Part shown: piece after piece, positions 20,764 through 31,955 of the stretch | Layout: the number at the start of each line of letters is the position of its first letter | Position numbering within the stretch: the stretch's first letter is position 1 | Assembly (NCBI GenBank): GCA_950097015.1 | Contig: CATNEN010000029.1 | Span: 4,650,001-4,714,000 of the forward strand | Direction of reading: 5' to 3' | Length of the DNA stretch: 64,000 nt | Source: Macrostomum hystrix | Taxonomy: Eukaryota > Animalia > Platyhelminthes | Notes under the pieces: generated by a model | The model's database searches: none | Seen by the model: the letters and a program-made list of their open reading frames with translations, nothing else | Told to the model about the DNA's origin: nothing | Program-made: the position numbers and the translations under genes

Positions 20764-23146
20764 TCACTTCCTGGACGCCTTGGCCATGTCGAGGCAGCTA
20801 ACAGCGCATCGATGCATGACACAGCGATAGTTGTAGCTGCCGTACTGCATGATGCAGTCCCGGCTGTTGAAGCATTGGACCCGGAACACCGGACAGTCGC
20901 CGTTCGAATGAAACAAGAAGCGCTTTTGTGACTGGTGCGCCTCCGAGTGGCTGCCATCGACGAAGCCATCGCTGTCGCTGATGCTGACGCCGTCACCGAT
21001 GCCATCGATGATTCTAACTATGCTGCTCTCGCCGCTGTGTCTTCCGGTACGGCTGCTCGACGGCTGATTTTGCTGCCCGGTGGTATCTGCTGGTGGCGGA
21101 AGCGAGGTTGGAGTGCTTTAGGCTTGATAGTTTAATCAAACACATGGAGTGAAGTGCCTTTGTATCAACTACATGAGCTCAAGGCCTTTGTATCAACTGC
21201 ATGAACTCAAGGCCTTTGTATCAACTACATGAGCTCAAGGCCTTTGTATCAACTACATGAGCTCAAGGTCTTTGTATCAACTACATGAGCTCAAGGCCTT
21301 TGTATCAACTACATGAGCTCAAGGCCTTTGTATCAACTACATGAACTCAAGGTCTTTGTATCAACTACATGAGCTCAATGTCTTTGTATCAACTACATGA
21401 GCTCAAGGTCTTTGTATCAACTACATGAGCTCAAGGCCTTTGTATAAAACAATTCCGAACTCAACGCATTTCTATCGAAGCGCTTAAAGTATTCAAAGGC
21501 GCTTGAGTTCGATATGCAATTCTAGATTTTCTCTGCATTCCTAAAGTTGCAAACCTTGTTTTCAACCACGTTGAACAGAGAAAAATTAATTTACGCGTGA
21601 GAGTGATAAAATACAGCAAATTATGCAAGCGGGAGTTTTGTCTACGCCAGATTGGGAAAGGAGCAGATAGACTCAAATGGGGTGGCTAATTGGCAAATTA
21701 GCTTTCGATTTTGGTGTTAAAAAGAAGGCAATTTGCGTAATTTAGTTTCTTGAGCTTATCGAGCGCGCTAATCACTCAATCGATTGAGGATGTGGGTCTA
21801 CTGGGGAAATGGTATAGCGAACCAAACTGAAATGGACAAAATTTTTCCTGGCAGCAGCAGCAGTTGTTAAATTGGTTTTATTTTGTAGCGAGACAAATTG
21901 AAAAATGCGGTTCATTTAGCCAGGACATTAGTTGCTAGGACTACAGGAAGGCTAGAAGAAACAGACTCTTACAGTATAGGGGGTGGAAGTCTCAAAACAG
22001 ACTCTTACAGTGGGGGCGGAAGTCTCAAAACAGACTCTTACAGTGGGGACGGAAGTCTCAAAACAGACTCTTACAGTGGGGACGGAAGTCTCAAAACAGA
22101 CTCTTACAGTGGGGGCGGAAGTCTCAAAACAGACTCTTACAGTGGGGACGGAAGTCTCAAAACAGACTCTCACAGTGGGGGCGGAAGTCTCAAAACAGAC
22201 TCTTACAGTGGGGGCGGAAGTCTCAAAACAGACTCTTACAGTGGGGGCGGAAGTCTCAAAACAGACTCTTACAGTGGGGGCGGAAGTCTCAAAACAGACT
22301 CTCACAGTGGGGGGCGGAAGTCTCAAAACAGACTCTCACAGTGGAGGGCGGAAGTCTCAAAACAGACTCTTACAGTGGGGGCGGAAGTCTCAAAACAGAC
22401 TCTCACAGTGGGGGGCGGAAGTCTCAAAACAGAATCTTACAGTAGAGGGGCGGAAGTCTCAAGATAGATTCTTACAGTAGAGGGGTGGAAGTCTTAAAAC
22501 AGACTCTTACAGTGGGGGGGCGGAAGTCTTAAAACAGACTCTTACAGTGGGGGGACGGAAGTCTCGAAACAGAATCTTACAGTAGAGGGGCGGAAGTCTC
22601 AAAACAGACTCTCACAGTGGGGGAGGGCGGAAGTCTCAAAACAGACTCTCACAGTGGGGGAGGGCGGAAGTCTCAAATCAGACTCTCACAGTGGGGGAGG
22701 GCGGAAGTCTCAAAACAGACTCTCACAGTGGGGGAGGGCGGAAGTCTCAAAACAGACTCTCACAGTGGGGGGAGGGCGGAAGTCTCAAAACAGACTCTCA
22801 CAGTGGGGGAGGGCGGAAGTCTCAAATCAGACTCTCACAGTGGGGGGGGGGCGGAAGTCTCAAAACAGACTCTCACAGTGGGGGGCGGAAGTCTCAAATC
22901 AAACTCTCACAGTGGGGGGCGGAAGTCTCAAAACAGACTCTCACAGTGGGGGAGGGCGGAAGTCTCAAAAAAGACTCTCACAGTGGCGGAGGGCGGAAGT
23001 CTCAAATCAAATGTAACGGAATCGGGTAACAACCAACCTTCATTGATGTGAAAGCAGCGGCCCTCTGAAGCAACCATCAGCAGAGTCGTCAGCAGCAGCA
23101 GAAGTGTTGGGCTAGTTGTCAGGCTGCGGTACCTTGGTGATTGCAT
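20764..23146 (-). CDS. Secreted cysteine-rich peptide precursor (signal peptide + pro-region + KR + 51-aa six-Cys peptide), 2 coding exons
   Basis: Exon 23146-23038: MQSPRYRSLTTSPTLLLLLTTLLMVASEGRCFHINE, phase-1 GTTGGT donor. Exon 21089(or 21086)-20764 after a pyrimidine-rich CAGCAG acceptor is open in phase 1: ...HQSQKR|FLFHSNGDCPVFRVQCFNSRDCIMQYGSYNYRCVMHRCAVSCLDMAKASRK*. AATAAA ~110 nt past the stop. Confidence 0.8.
21158..21445. repeat. 28-bp minisatellite, ~10 copies (precursor-gene intron)
   Basis: Unit TTTGTATCAACTACATGAGCTCAAGGCC. Confidence 0.95.
21955..23010. repeat. 33-39-bp G-tract minisatellite, ~30 copies (precursor-gene intron)
   Basis: Unit CAGTGGGGGCGGAAGTCTCAAAACAGACTCTTA with a variable G-run. 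Confidence 0.96.
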
Positions 23147-23809
23147 TGTGATCTGTGCAGTTAGCCAATGAGCCAGAGCATAGCGAGGGGTACCAATCAA
23201 TTCGAGCTTGCTAATCTGCTTGAGCACAGAAATTAGTCGTTTCTTGCGTCCTGCGTTTCCGCTCTGCTGCTATTGCTTAATATTCGACGGGAGGAGGGGA
23301 TTTTGCGGGGACTGCAAAGTTTGCAGAGGGCGGCAGCCAACCTGCTCTTTATCTGGGGAGGAGGCGGGCGGGTGTTCGATTCCCAATGAGCCAACCAATA
23401 GCCGGGGCTCTGGGAAAGCGATTTGACAGGTCCGTGACAGCATCCGCCTCGAGTATAAGCTACACTCTGATTGACTGCTTGGCTACGCATTCTCTTCTTT
23501 TGAGAGGCTGTAGGAAATAGCACACTGTTGACCAGGGGCTGTTTGGAACCGCTCGGATACAATCTGCAGCAGCAAGCTGGGAGTCGAAAGATTAGCAGAG
23601 TTTAAGTGGGCCATGCAGCTCCGATAAGGCAACTAGCGGCGAGTAGTGCGGCTGCTTTGTTTGCCTTCACTTGCTTATAAGCGGCCTTTTGACGGAGGAA
23701 TTGCCTAAAAGGACAGTCTGACAGCCAACTTCACGGAATGGATTGCTAATCTATTTAATTTAATGAAGAAACAGAATGGATTGCTCATCAAATTAACTTG
23801 AGGAAGTAC

Positions 23810-24817
23810 GAGTAACAGAACGGATTGTAAATTTATCCTATTCGATGAAGAAACAGAATGGATTGTAAATTTATCCTTTTCGATGAAGAAACAGAATGGA
23901 TTGCTAATCTATCCTATTTCGATGAAGAAACAGAATGGATTGCTAATCTATCCTATTTGATGAAGAAACAGAATGGATTGCTAATCTATCCTATTTGATG
24001 AAGAAACGGAATGGATTGCTAATCTATCCTATTTGATGAAGAAACAGAATGGATTGTAAATTTATCCTTTTCGATGAAGAAACAGAATGGATTGCTAATC
24101 TATCCTATTTGATGAAGAAACAGAATGGATTGCTAATCTATCCTATTTGATGAAGAAACGGAATGGATTGCTAATCTATTCTATTTGATGAAGAAATGGA
24201 ATGGATTGCTAATCTATTCTATTTGATGAAGAAACAGAATGGATTGCTAATCTATTCTATTTGATGAAGAAACGGAATGGATTGCTAATCTATTCTATTC
24301 GATGAAGAAACAGAATGGATTGCTAATCTATTCTATTTGATGAAGAAACAGAATGGATTGCTAATCTATTCTATTTGATGAAGAAACAGAATGGATTGCT
24401 AATCTATTCTATTTGATGAAGAAACGGAATGGATTGCTAATCTATTCTATTCGATGAAGAAACAGAATGGATTGCTAATCTATCCTATTCGATGAAGAAA
24501 CAGAATGGATTGCTAATCTATCCTATTCGATGAAGAAACAGAATGGATTGCTAATCTATTCTATTCGATGAAGAAACAGAATATATTGCTAATCTATTCT
24601 ATTCGATGAAGAAACAGAATGGATTGCTAATCTATCCTATTCGATGAAGAAACAGAATGGATTGCTAATCTATTATATTTGATGAAGAAACAGATTGGAT
24701 TGCTAATCTATTATATTTGATGAAGAAACAGAATGGATTGCTAATCTATTATATTTGATGAAGAAACAGAATGGATTGCTAATCTATTATATTTGATGAA
24801 GAAACAGAATGGATTGC
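23810..24817. repeat. 38-bp minisatellite, ~26 copies
   Basis: Unit TGATGAAGAAACAGAATGGATTGCTAATCTATCCTATT. Confidence 0.97.
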
Positions 24818-25539
24818 ACGTTCAATGCACGTTCAATTATGCAGGATTAATTTTAGTCTATGGTATTTTGTCAGTTGGGCAACCCGGAGGCGTGCAAAAT
24901 TGATTATGTCTATGGTAGAATGATGGGAGCCAAAAATTAATGTGATCCAGAAGCGCCAACTCTCGTGCCTCTATGGCAAAAAGCACTCGTGCTCTTCGCA
25001 TTAGCAGTGATATATTCACATTGTTTTGTGCTTTAGTCTATGGGTTTTTAACTGCGAATGTCAGAGTGAGAATTGAGTGTCGGGGGCTTTCTACCATAGA
25101 TAAATATGTTTGACTAAGCATTTGCAGCAGTTTTACTTCAATTTAGTCTATTAGTCTTTTAATATCATCAAAAGTTCATGACGATTCCATTACAATCGTA
25201 TTCTTCTGCCTAATTCGTTATCGTCTTAAATAATTTTTGTCAGGAATTCTGGTAGGGTAGGGCCAAAGACTAGACTAGGGCCGAATCGCAGCTATATGCT
25301 GTAAGACAAACATTGGCATAGAGGTAAAGATTGCAACTCTGTTTGTCTCCTTTTGTAAACATTCTTTGCCTGTACCAAAGAATACGTATATCAATTGAAC
25401 CATGAATTGAAAGCTATAAAGCTGACCTCTGAAGCAGACAAAGAAAGAGACAAGAAAAAATGAATGTGTGTTTTAAGCGAAATACGACATTCCACTTTCT
25501 ATTGCGTTAAAATGAGCTATTTGTTGTCTTTTAATACGT

Positions 25540-27325
25540 AGCTGGTAGGGTGGCTGACATATCTGGATATCTGGTAGGGTGGCTGACATATCTGGATATC
25601 TGGTAGGGTGGCTGGCACATCTGGATATCTGGTAGGTTGGCTGACATATCTGGATGTCTGGTAGGTTAACTGGCATATCTGGGTGTCTGGTAGTGTGGCT
25701 GGCATATCTGGGTGTCTAGTAGTGTGGCTGGCATATCTGGGTGTCTGGTAGGGTGGCTGACATATCTGGGTGCCTGGTAGGGTGGCTGACATATCTGGAT
25801 GTCTGGTAGGGTGGCTGACATATCTGGATGTCTGGTAGGGTGGCTGGCATATCTGGGTGTCTGGTAGGGTGGCTGACATATCTGGATGTCTGGTAGGGTG
25901 GCTGACATTTCTGGATGTCTGGTGGGGTGGCTGACATATCTAGTAGTCTGGTAGTGTGGCTGACATATCTGGGTGTCTGGTAGTGTGGCTGATATGACAT
26001 ATCTGGATGACATATCTGGCTGACATATCTGGGTGTCTGGTAGTGTGGCTGGCATATCTGGGTGTCTGGTAGGGTGGCTGACATATCTGGATGTCTTGTA
26101 GAGTGGCAGACATATCTGGGTGTCTGGAAGGGTGGCTGACACATCTGAATGTCTGGTGGGGTGGCTGACTTATCTGGATGTCTGGTAGGGTGGCTGACAT
26201 ATCTGGATGTCTGGTAGGGTGGCTGGCATATCTGGGTGTCTGGTAGGGTGGCTGACATATCTGGATGTCTGGTAGGGTGGCTGACATTTCTGGATGTCTG
26301 GTGGGGTGGCTGACATATCTAGTAGTCTGGTAGTGTGGCTGACATATCTGGGTGTCTGGTAGTGTGGCTGATATGACATATCTGGATGACATATCTGGCT
26401 GACATATCTGGGTGTCTGGTAGTGTGGCTGGCATATCTGGCTGTCTGGTAGGGTGGCTGACATATCTGGATGTCTTGTAGAGTGGCAGACATATCTGGGT
26501 GCCTGGTAGTGTGGCTGACATATCTGGGTGTCTGGTAGTGTGGCTGATATGACATATCTGGATGACATATCTGGCTGACATATCTGGGTGTCTGGTAGTG
26601 TGGCTGGCATATCTGGCTGTCTGGTAGGGTGGCTGACATATCTGGATGTCTTGTAGAGTGGCAGACATATCTGGGTGCCTGGAAGGGTGGCTGACATATC
26701 TGGATGTCTGGTAGGGTGGCTGACATTTCTGGATGTCTGGTGGGGTGGCTGACATATCTAGTAGTCTGGTAGTGTGGCTGACATATCTGGGTGTCTGGTA
26801 GTGTGGCTGATATGACATATCTGGATGACATATCTGGCTGACATATCTGGGTGTCTGGTAGTGTGGCTGGCATATCTGGGTGTCTGGTAGGGTGGCTGAC
26901 ATATCTGGATGTCTTGTAGAGTGGCAGACATATCTGGGTGTCTGGTAGGGTGGCTGACACATCTGAATGTCTGGTGGGGTGGCTGACATATCTGGTTGTC
27001 TGGTGGGGTGGCTGACATATCTGGTTGTCTGGTGGGGTGGCTGACATATCTAGTAGTCTGGTAGTGTGGCTGACATATCTTGGTGTCTGGTAGTGTGGCT
27101 GATATGACTTATCTGGCTGACATATCTGGGTGTCTGGTAGTGTGGCTGGCATATCTGGGTGTCTGGTAGGGTGGCTGACACATCTGAATGTCAAGGACCA
27201 CTAGTAGATAGTCCGTGCTACTACTTGAGTAGTCCGTGCTGAATGTCTGGTAGGGTGGCTGACATATCTGGGTGTCTGGTAGGGTGGCTGGCAAATCTGG
27301 TTGTCTGGTAGGGTGGCTGGCATAT
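25540..27325. repeat. 29-bp minisatellite with irregular higher-order blocks
   Basis: Unit GACATATCTGGATGTCTGGTAGGGTGGCT; a variant block recurs at 25941, 26320, 26759, 27051. Confidence 0.96.
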
Positions 27326-28039
27326 ATGGGGTTATATGGAATGCTTGAAGTGCAATCATTATTTTCAATGAAGCAAGTCAAAGAACAAGCAAGAATTATT
27401 TTCTTTTTCATTTAGCCAGCAAAACTATTGTCAAAGGATAAGAATATATAGTTATCGAGTATCGAGTATTATCGGATACACGAGTATATTTTGACGTGAG
27501 GATGTTAACATCAAACATTAGTCCTGCTTTTATTACCACATAGAAAATGTCTGCGATAAAAAGTGAACAAGTCTAACAAAAAACTATGCTTTGAAAATCA
27601 AAAGAGATCCTAATTGGTTTCAGTCTTCAGAATTGAAGGCTTGCATAATTAAAGTTTAATATTAAAAAGCTGCATATTCCACTACAAGTAGAACTAGATG
27701 AGTCAGTATTGCGCTGATAGAGACGAAGTGTAGCCCTTGCTAATAAATATTAGTAGGTAATATTACTTATGGGCAAGATTAAAACAGAAAAGATCAGGAG
27801 CATTAATGTGGATAACTAAAAAACTAATCAGAAGTTTATTATAATGCAAATTAAATAAATCTAGATTTAGAAAGTAAAAAAAAAATAAGGCTAATAAATC
27901 GAAAACTGACTTTATTGACTGTAGGAGTTTTATTGGGAGGTTGACAGCCTGTCCACTGCTTTGGCAACAAGTTTCTAATTAGCGAAAACTCAACAGAAGA
28001 AAATGAAAAGTACTTAGTAAATTAAAATAATAAACACGA

Positions 28040-28297
28040 TTTATAATTGCTTACACCAGCCCTAATCGGGCCAGATGTGCAGCCGACAGCACAGCCGCAG
28101 CTATAGCGCGGCGTATCTGAACGCTGCGTACGGCTGTTCAGTCCATGGACTTGGGCGACGCCACACCCACCCTCAATTACCCCAGCTGATGCTGCCAGTA
28201 CCCATTTTGCAGCAGGGTGAACTGAGTGGAGTCGAGAATCGAACCCCAGACCTTCAAGTCGTGAGTTATCTGACGCTCTAACCACTAGGCTACAACC
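28040..28297 (-). mobile_element. SINE family B copy
   Basis: Minus-strand head GGTTGTAGCCTAGTGGTTAGAGCG...GGTTCGATTCTC; family body and tail present. Confidence 0.88.
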
Positions 28298-28369
28298 ACT
28301 ATTAGTTAACTGTAAGCAAAGTAGTAAATCACGTTAGACAGATTTTTCTTCTCCAGTAAAAGTGGCCTG

Positions 28370-29042
28370 GCATATCTGGTTGTCTGGTAGGGTGGCTGAC
28401 ATATCTGGTTGTCTGGTAGGGTGGCTGGACATATCTGGTTGTCTGGTAGGGTGGCTAACATATCTGGTAGTCTAGTAGGGTGGCTGACGCATCTGGATGT
28501 CAGGTAGGGTTGGCTGACATATCTGGATGTCTGGTAGGGTGGCTGACATATCTGGATGTCTGGTGGGGTGGCTGACATATCTAGTAGTCTGGTAGGGTGG
28601 CTGACATATCTGGATGTCTGGTAGGGTGGCTGACATATCTAGTAGTCTGGTAGGGTGGCTGACATATCTGGATGTCTGGTAGGGTGGCTGACATATCTAG
28701 TAGTCTGGTAGGGTGGCTGACATATCTGGATGTCTGTTAGGGTGGCTGACATATCTGGATGTCTGGTGGGGTGGCTGACATATCTAGTAGTCTGGTAGGG
28801 TGGCTGACATATCTGGATGTCTGGTAGGGTGGCTGACATATCTAGTAGTCTGGTAGGGTGGCTGACATATCTGGATGTCTGGTAGGGTGGCTGACATATC
28901 TAGTAGTCTGGTAGGGTGGATGACATATCTGGATGTCTGTTAGGGTGGCTGACATATCTGGATGTCTGGTAGGGTGGCTGACATATCTAGTAGTCTGGTA
29001 GGGTGGCTGACATATCTGGATGTCTGGTTGGGTGGCTAACAT
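28370..29042. repeat. Second array of the 29-bp minisatellite
   Basis: Same unit as 25540-27325. Confidence 0.95.
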
Positions 29043-29247
29043 GTGGTCCAGCACATGGATAGTAACGCGCTTGACTTCCCAACAAATTTCATAATCACAC
29101 TTCCCAGATTCAGACGGAAGTGAAATTAGGCCTTTGTTTGTTAAAAATAGTTGCCAAATATTTTGTGGAATAATAAATCTAAAGGATTTTTAAATGAGCA
29201 AAACCAGTCCAACGAGTAGAACTCTTGTTAAAATGTTTTCAACCTAG

Positions 29248-30968
29248 TCAGGCGTAGTCGAATTTGAACACAGTAGTCTGGTGGTACGTGTTGCCGGGTG
29301 TTAGCAGGGCTGACGGAAATTCCGCGTGATTCAGCGAGTCGGGAAATAGTTGCGCTTCGTAGCAGAGTCCGGCGTGACGGCCGTACTGGCAGCCGCCCTT
29401 GCCAGCCAACGACTCGATGTAATAGCCAGTGTAGAACACCAGCACCGGCTGGTCCGTGCTGCAAGTCAAACGGCGACCGCTGCTCAGCTCGACGGCCACC
29501 GCCGCTTGCGATGCGGGCGACGACGGGTTGTCCAAAGCGTAGATGTGGTCGAAGTTGATGCCGTCCGATAGGCGATGGCCGGCTTCGCCGCGCAGATCGT
29601 TCGGAGTTCCGTCCACGGGCACCAGACGGCCGGTGGGCAGCAGGTATGGGTCCAGCTCAACGATGCGCGAGCTGGCCAGCTGTGCAGTGGGGATGGGAGG
29701 TGTTGGGAAAGATTGGGAGTTCTTTATAGATTGGGAGTTCTTTATCGTTTGGGTGTTATTATCGATTGGGAGTTTTTTATCGATTGGGAGTTTTTTATCG
29801 ATTGGGTGTTATTTATCGATTGGGAGTTCTTTATCGATTGGGAGTTCTTTATCGATTGCGTGTTATTTATCGATTGGGAGTTCTTTATCGATTGCGTGTT
29901 ATTTATCGATTGGGAGTTCTTTATCGATTGGGAGTTCTTTATCGATTGGGTGTTATTTATCGATTGGGAGTTCTTTATCGATTGGGAGTTCTTTATCGAT
30001 TGGGAGTGGATTGAGATGGGAGTGGATTGAGATGGGAGTGGATTGGGATGGGAGTGGATTGGGATGGGAGTGGATTGGGATGGGAGTGGATTGAGATCGG
30101 AGTGGATTGGGATGGGAGTGATTTGGGATGGGAGTGGATTGAGATGGGAGTGGATTGAGATGGGAGTGGATTGAGATGGGATGGATTGGGATGGAGATGG
30201 GATGGATTGGGATAGGTTTGGGATTGAGATTGGGATTGAAATTGGGATTGGTTTGGTATTGGGATTATTCTGGGATTGGGACTGGTTGGAGATGGGGATT
30301 GGTCTGGGATCGTGATGGATTGGATGATGTCAAACTACCGCAGCAAAGACTTTGCCCTAGCCGCTTACCTGCACCCGATGATTGGACACGTCGCCGGACG
30401 AGTGGCCCGACAGGTTGAAGTAGGCATGATTTGTGAGGCTCACTGGACAGGGCCGATCGCACTCGGCCGTGTAATCAAGCCGCAGACTGTTGTCATTAGC
30501 AACCGTGTAGGTGACGGTGACGCGCAGGTTGCCTGGATAGCCGTCATCTCCGTCCTTGCTCAACAGGCTAAGCGTCACCGAGTGCTCGCCGAGATTGTCC
30601 ATGGCCCAAACGGTTCGGCTGAGCCCGACCTGCCCGCCGTGCAGGCTGTGCCGGCCGTGATTGCGAGTGACGCTAACCGGCTGCTCCTGGCCTGGCAACC
30701 GGAACTGGGCGTCCTTGACTCGGCCGGCCTGTCGGCCAACAATGAAGCCGAAATAGGCAGGACAGCGCTCGTAGGCCTCCACAGTGTCGTAGCCCAGAAC
30801 AACATCGGTTGGCGGATCGCACGGGTTGCGCGATGGACAATAGAGACTCTGGAGCGCGGCGCCGTAGGTTAAAATGTGAGCCTCAAAGCCGCCCGGGCTG
30901 CGTAGGACAATCTTTTGCACCTCTCGGCCGTCCGAGGTGCGGCCGAATAGTTCGGACACGGCCACCAT
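29248..30968 (-). CDS. GALM: Aldose 1-epimerase (galactose mutarotase), 2 exons (30968-30369, 29679-29248), 343 aa
   Basis: MVAVSELFGRTSDG..., ILTYGAAL, DVVLGYD, GRQAGRV, HSLHGG, DDGYPGNL, SLTNHAYFNLSG, FDH, GLCYEAQLFPDSLNH; gtaagc donor and gcacag acceptor, phase 0. Confidence 0.96.
29708..30320. repeat. Compound minisatellite filling the GALM intron (18-bp ATCGATTGGGAGTTCTTT, then 16-bp GGGAGTGGATTGAGAT and degenerate GGGATT)
   Basis: Direct periodicity in the sequence. Confidence 0.93.
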
Positions 30969-30990
30969 TTGGCTGCTGGAAGAATTCGGT

Positions 30991-31345
30991 AGGGTCAACG
31001 GGCGCAGAGCGGTTAACGCGTTTGCCTCTCGCACCAAGGTCCCTAAGTTCGATTCGACGGCGAGGCCACATTTATTTGGGGTGCAGCCGCGGAGAGAAGG
31101 CTTGGGGGCTTGTCGTGCAATTTACGCCCTTGAGGTCCAACCTCCTAGGTACTGCCTAACGATGAGAAAGTCAGGGCAGATGTACACACACTGTATTAGC
31201 GTTTGCCTGCGTACGGTATCTGTGTGCGTGTGTGCTCAGGAGTCAGCGAAATGGGCAGAGTTGCCTCCTCGCTGGCTGCGGGTCTAGTGTCACCAAATGA
31301 TGTGCCACTGCCCGCAGCCCTCCTGCAATTATTATTATCATTAAT
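30991..31345 (+). mobile_element. SINE family A, near full-length copy
   Basis: Colinear with 18634-19000, including the CCCGCAGCCCTCCTGCAATTATTATT tail. Confidence 0.9.
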
Positions 31346-31955
31346 ATGATAGGGCCAATAAGAGTAGGATGGACGGTTAGGGCGTTAATGCGTATCGCAT
31401 ATAGACTAGCAAACGATAAATCAAACTTATTGAATTAGCTGAATTTAATTAACTAAATTAGTTTCTGCTTTAAAAAAATAATTTCACTGAAAACCAGTCT
31501 AGATAGTCTAGACAATCCGTCAAAGTAGAGCTGTGTCTATATGTAAATTTCCTTAGGCAGCGCCGACAGGAAATTGGAGACAATACCTGCCGCTATAAAC
31601 AATGTGGTCTTCTGCCTTAGCTTAAGAGCTTGTCCGCCGATACGAGCTAATATTATCGAAGCATTTACGAAGCTTCACTAAACAGCCTTCTAAATTTTCC
31701 GATATAGTTTACGATTCTAGAAAACTAAATAAAATTCATGAAGTCTAGAATCCTTGACTTAACAATCTGCGATGCATAGCAGCCAGAGAGAAGCTGCTGC
31801 TGTGGTTTCATCGCTAGACTGAACCAATCAGCGCAAAGCTACGGGACCTGGGTAGAAGGGAAGGTCATCCAATGCAGAGATTCTTAAATAAAGCCAGCAA
31901 GACCATAGCAGCGATTTTGTATTGACAATCTCACCCACCGTCAGAAGGGAATCAA

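Noticed and set aside
21898-23051. GGSLKTDS-repeat ORFs
   Set aside because: They are the 33-bp minisatellite in the intron of the minus-strand precursor gene.
23810-24817. CRISPR-like regular repeats (also 344-1222, 52405-54057, 54640-55310)
   Set aside because: They are head-to-tail units with no unique spacers, no cas genes, and a eukaryotic context.
23830-24817. TGATGA-A-GAAAC resembling a hammerhead ribozyme core
   Set aside because: It lacks the conserved C of CUGAUGA, has no stem II between the two core strands, and no stems I/III were found.
28240-28297. tRNA-like sequence (also 11838, 18960, 31000, 60760)
   Set aside because: These are SINE heads: A/B boxes are present but they continue into shared SINE bodies and do not form complete cloverleafs.
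25473-29054. Many overlapping minus-strand ORFs up to 349 aa
   Set aside because: They are artefacts of the 29-bp satellite.
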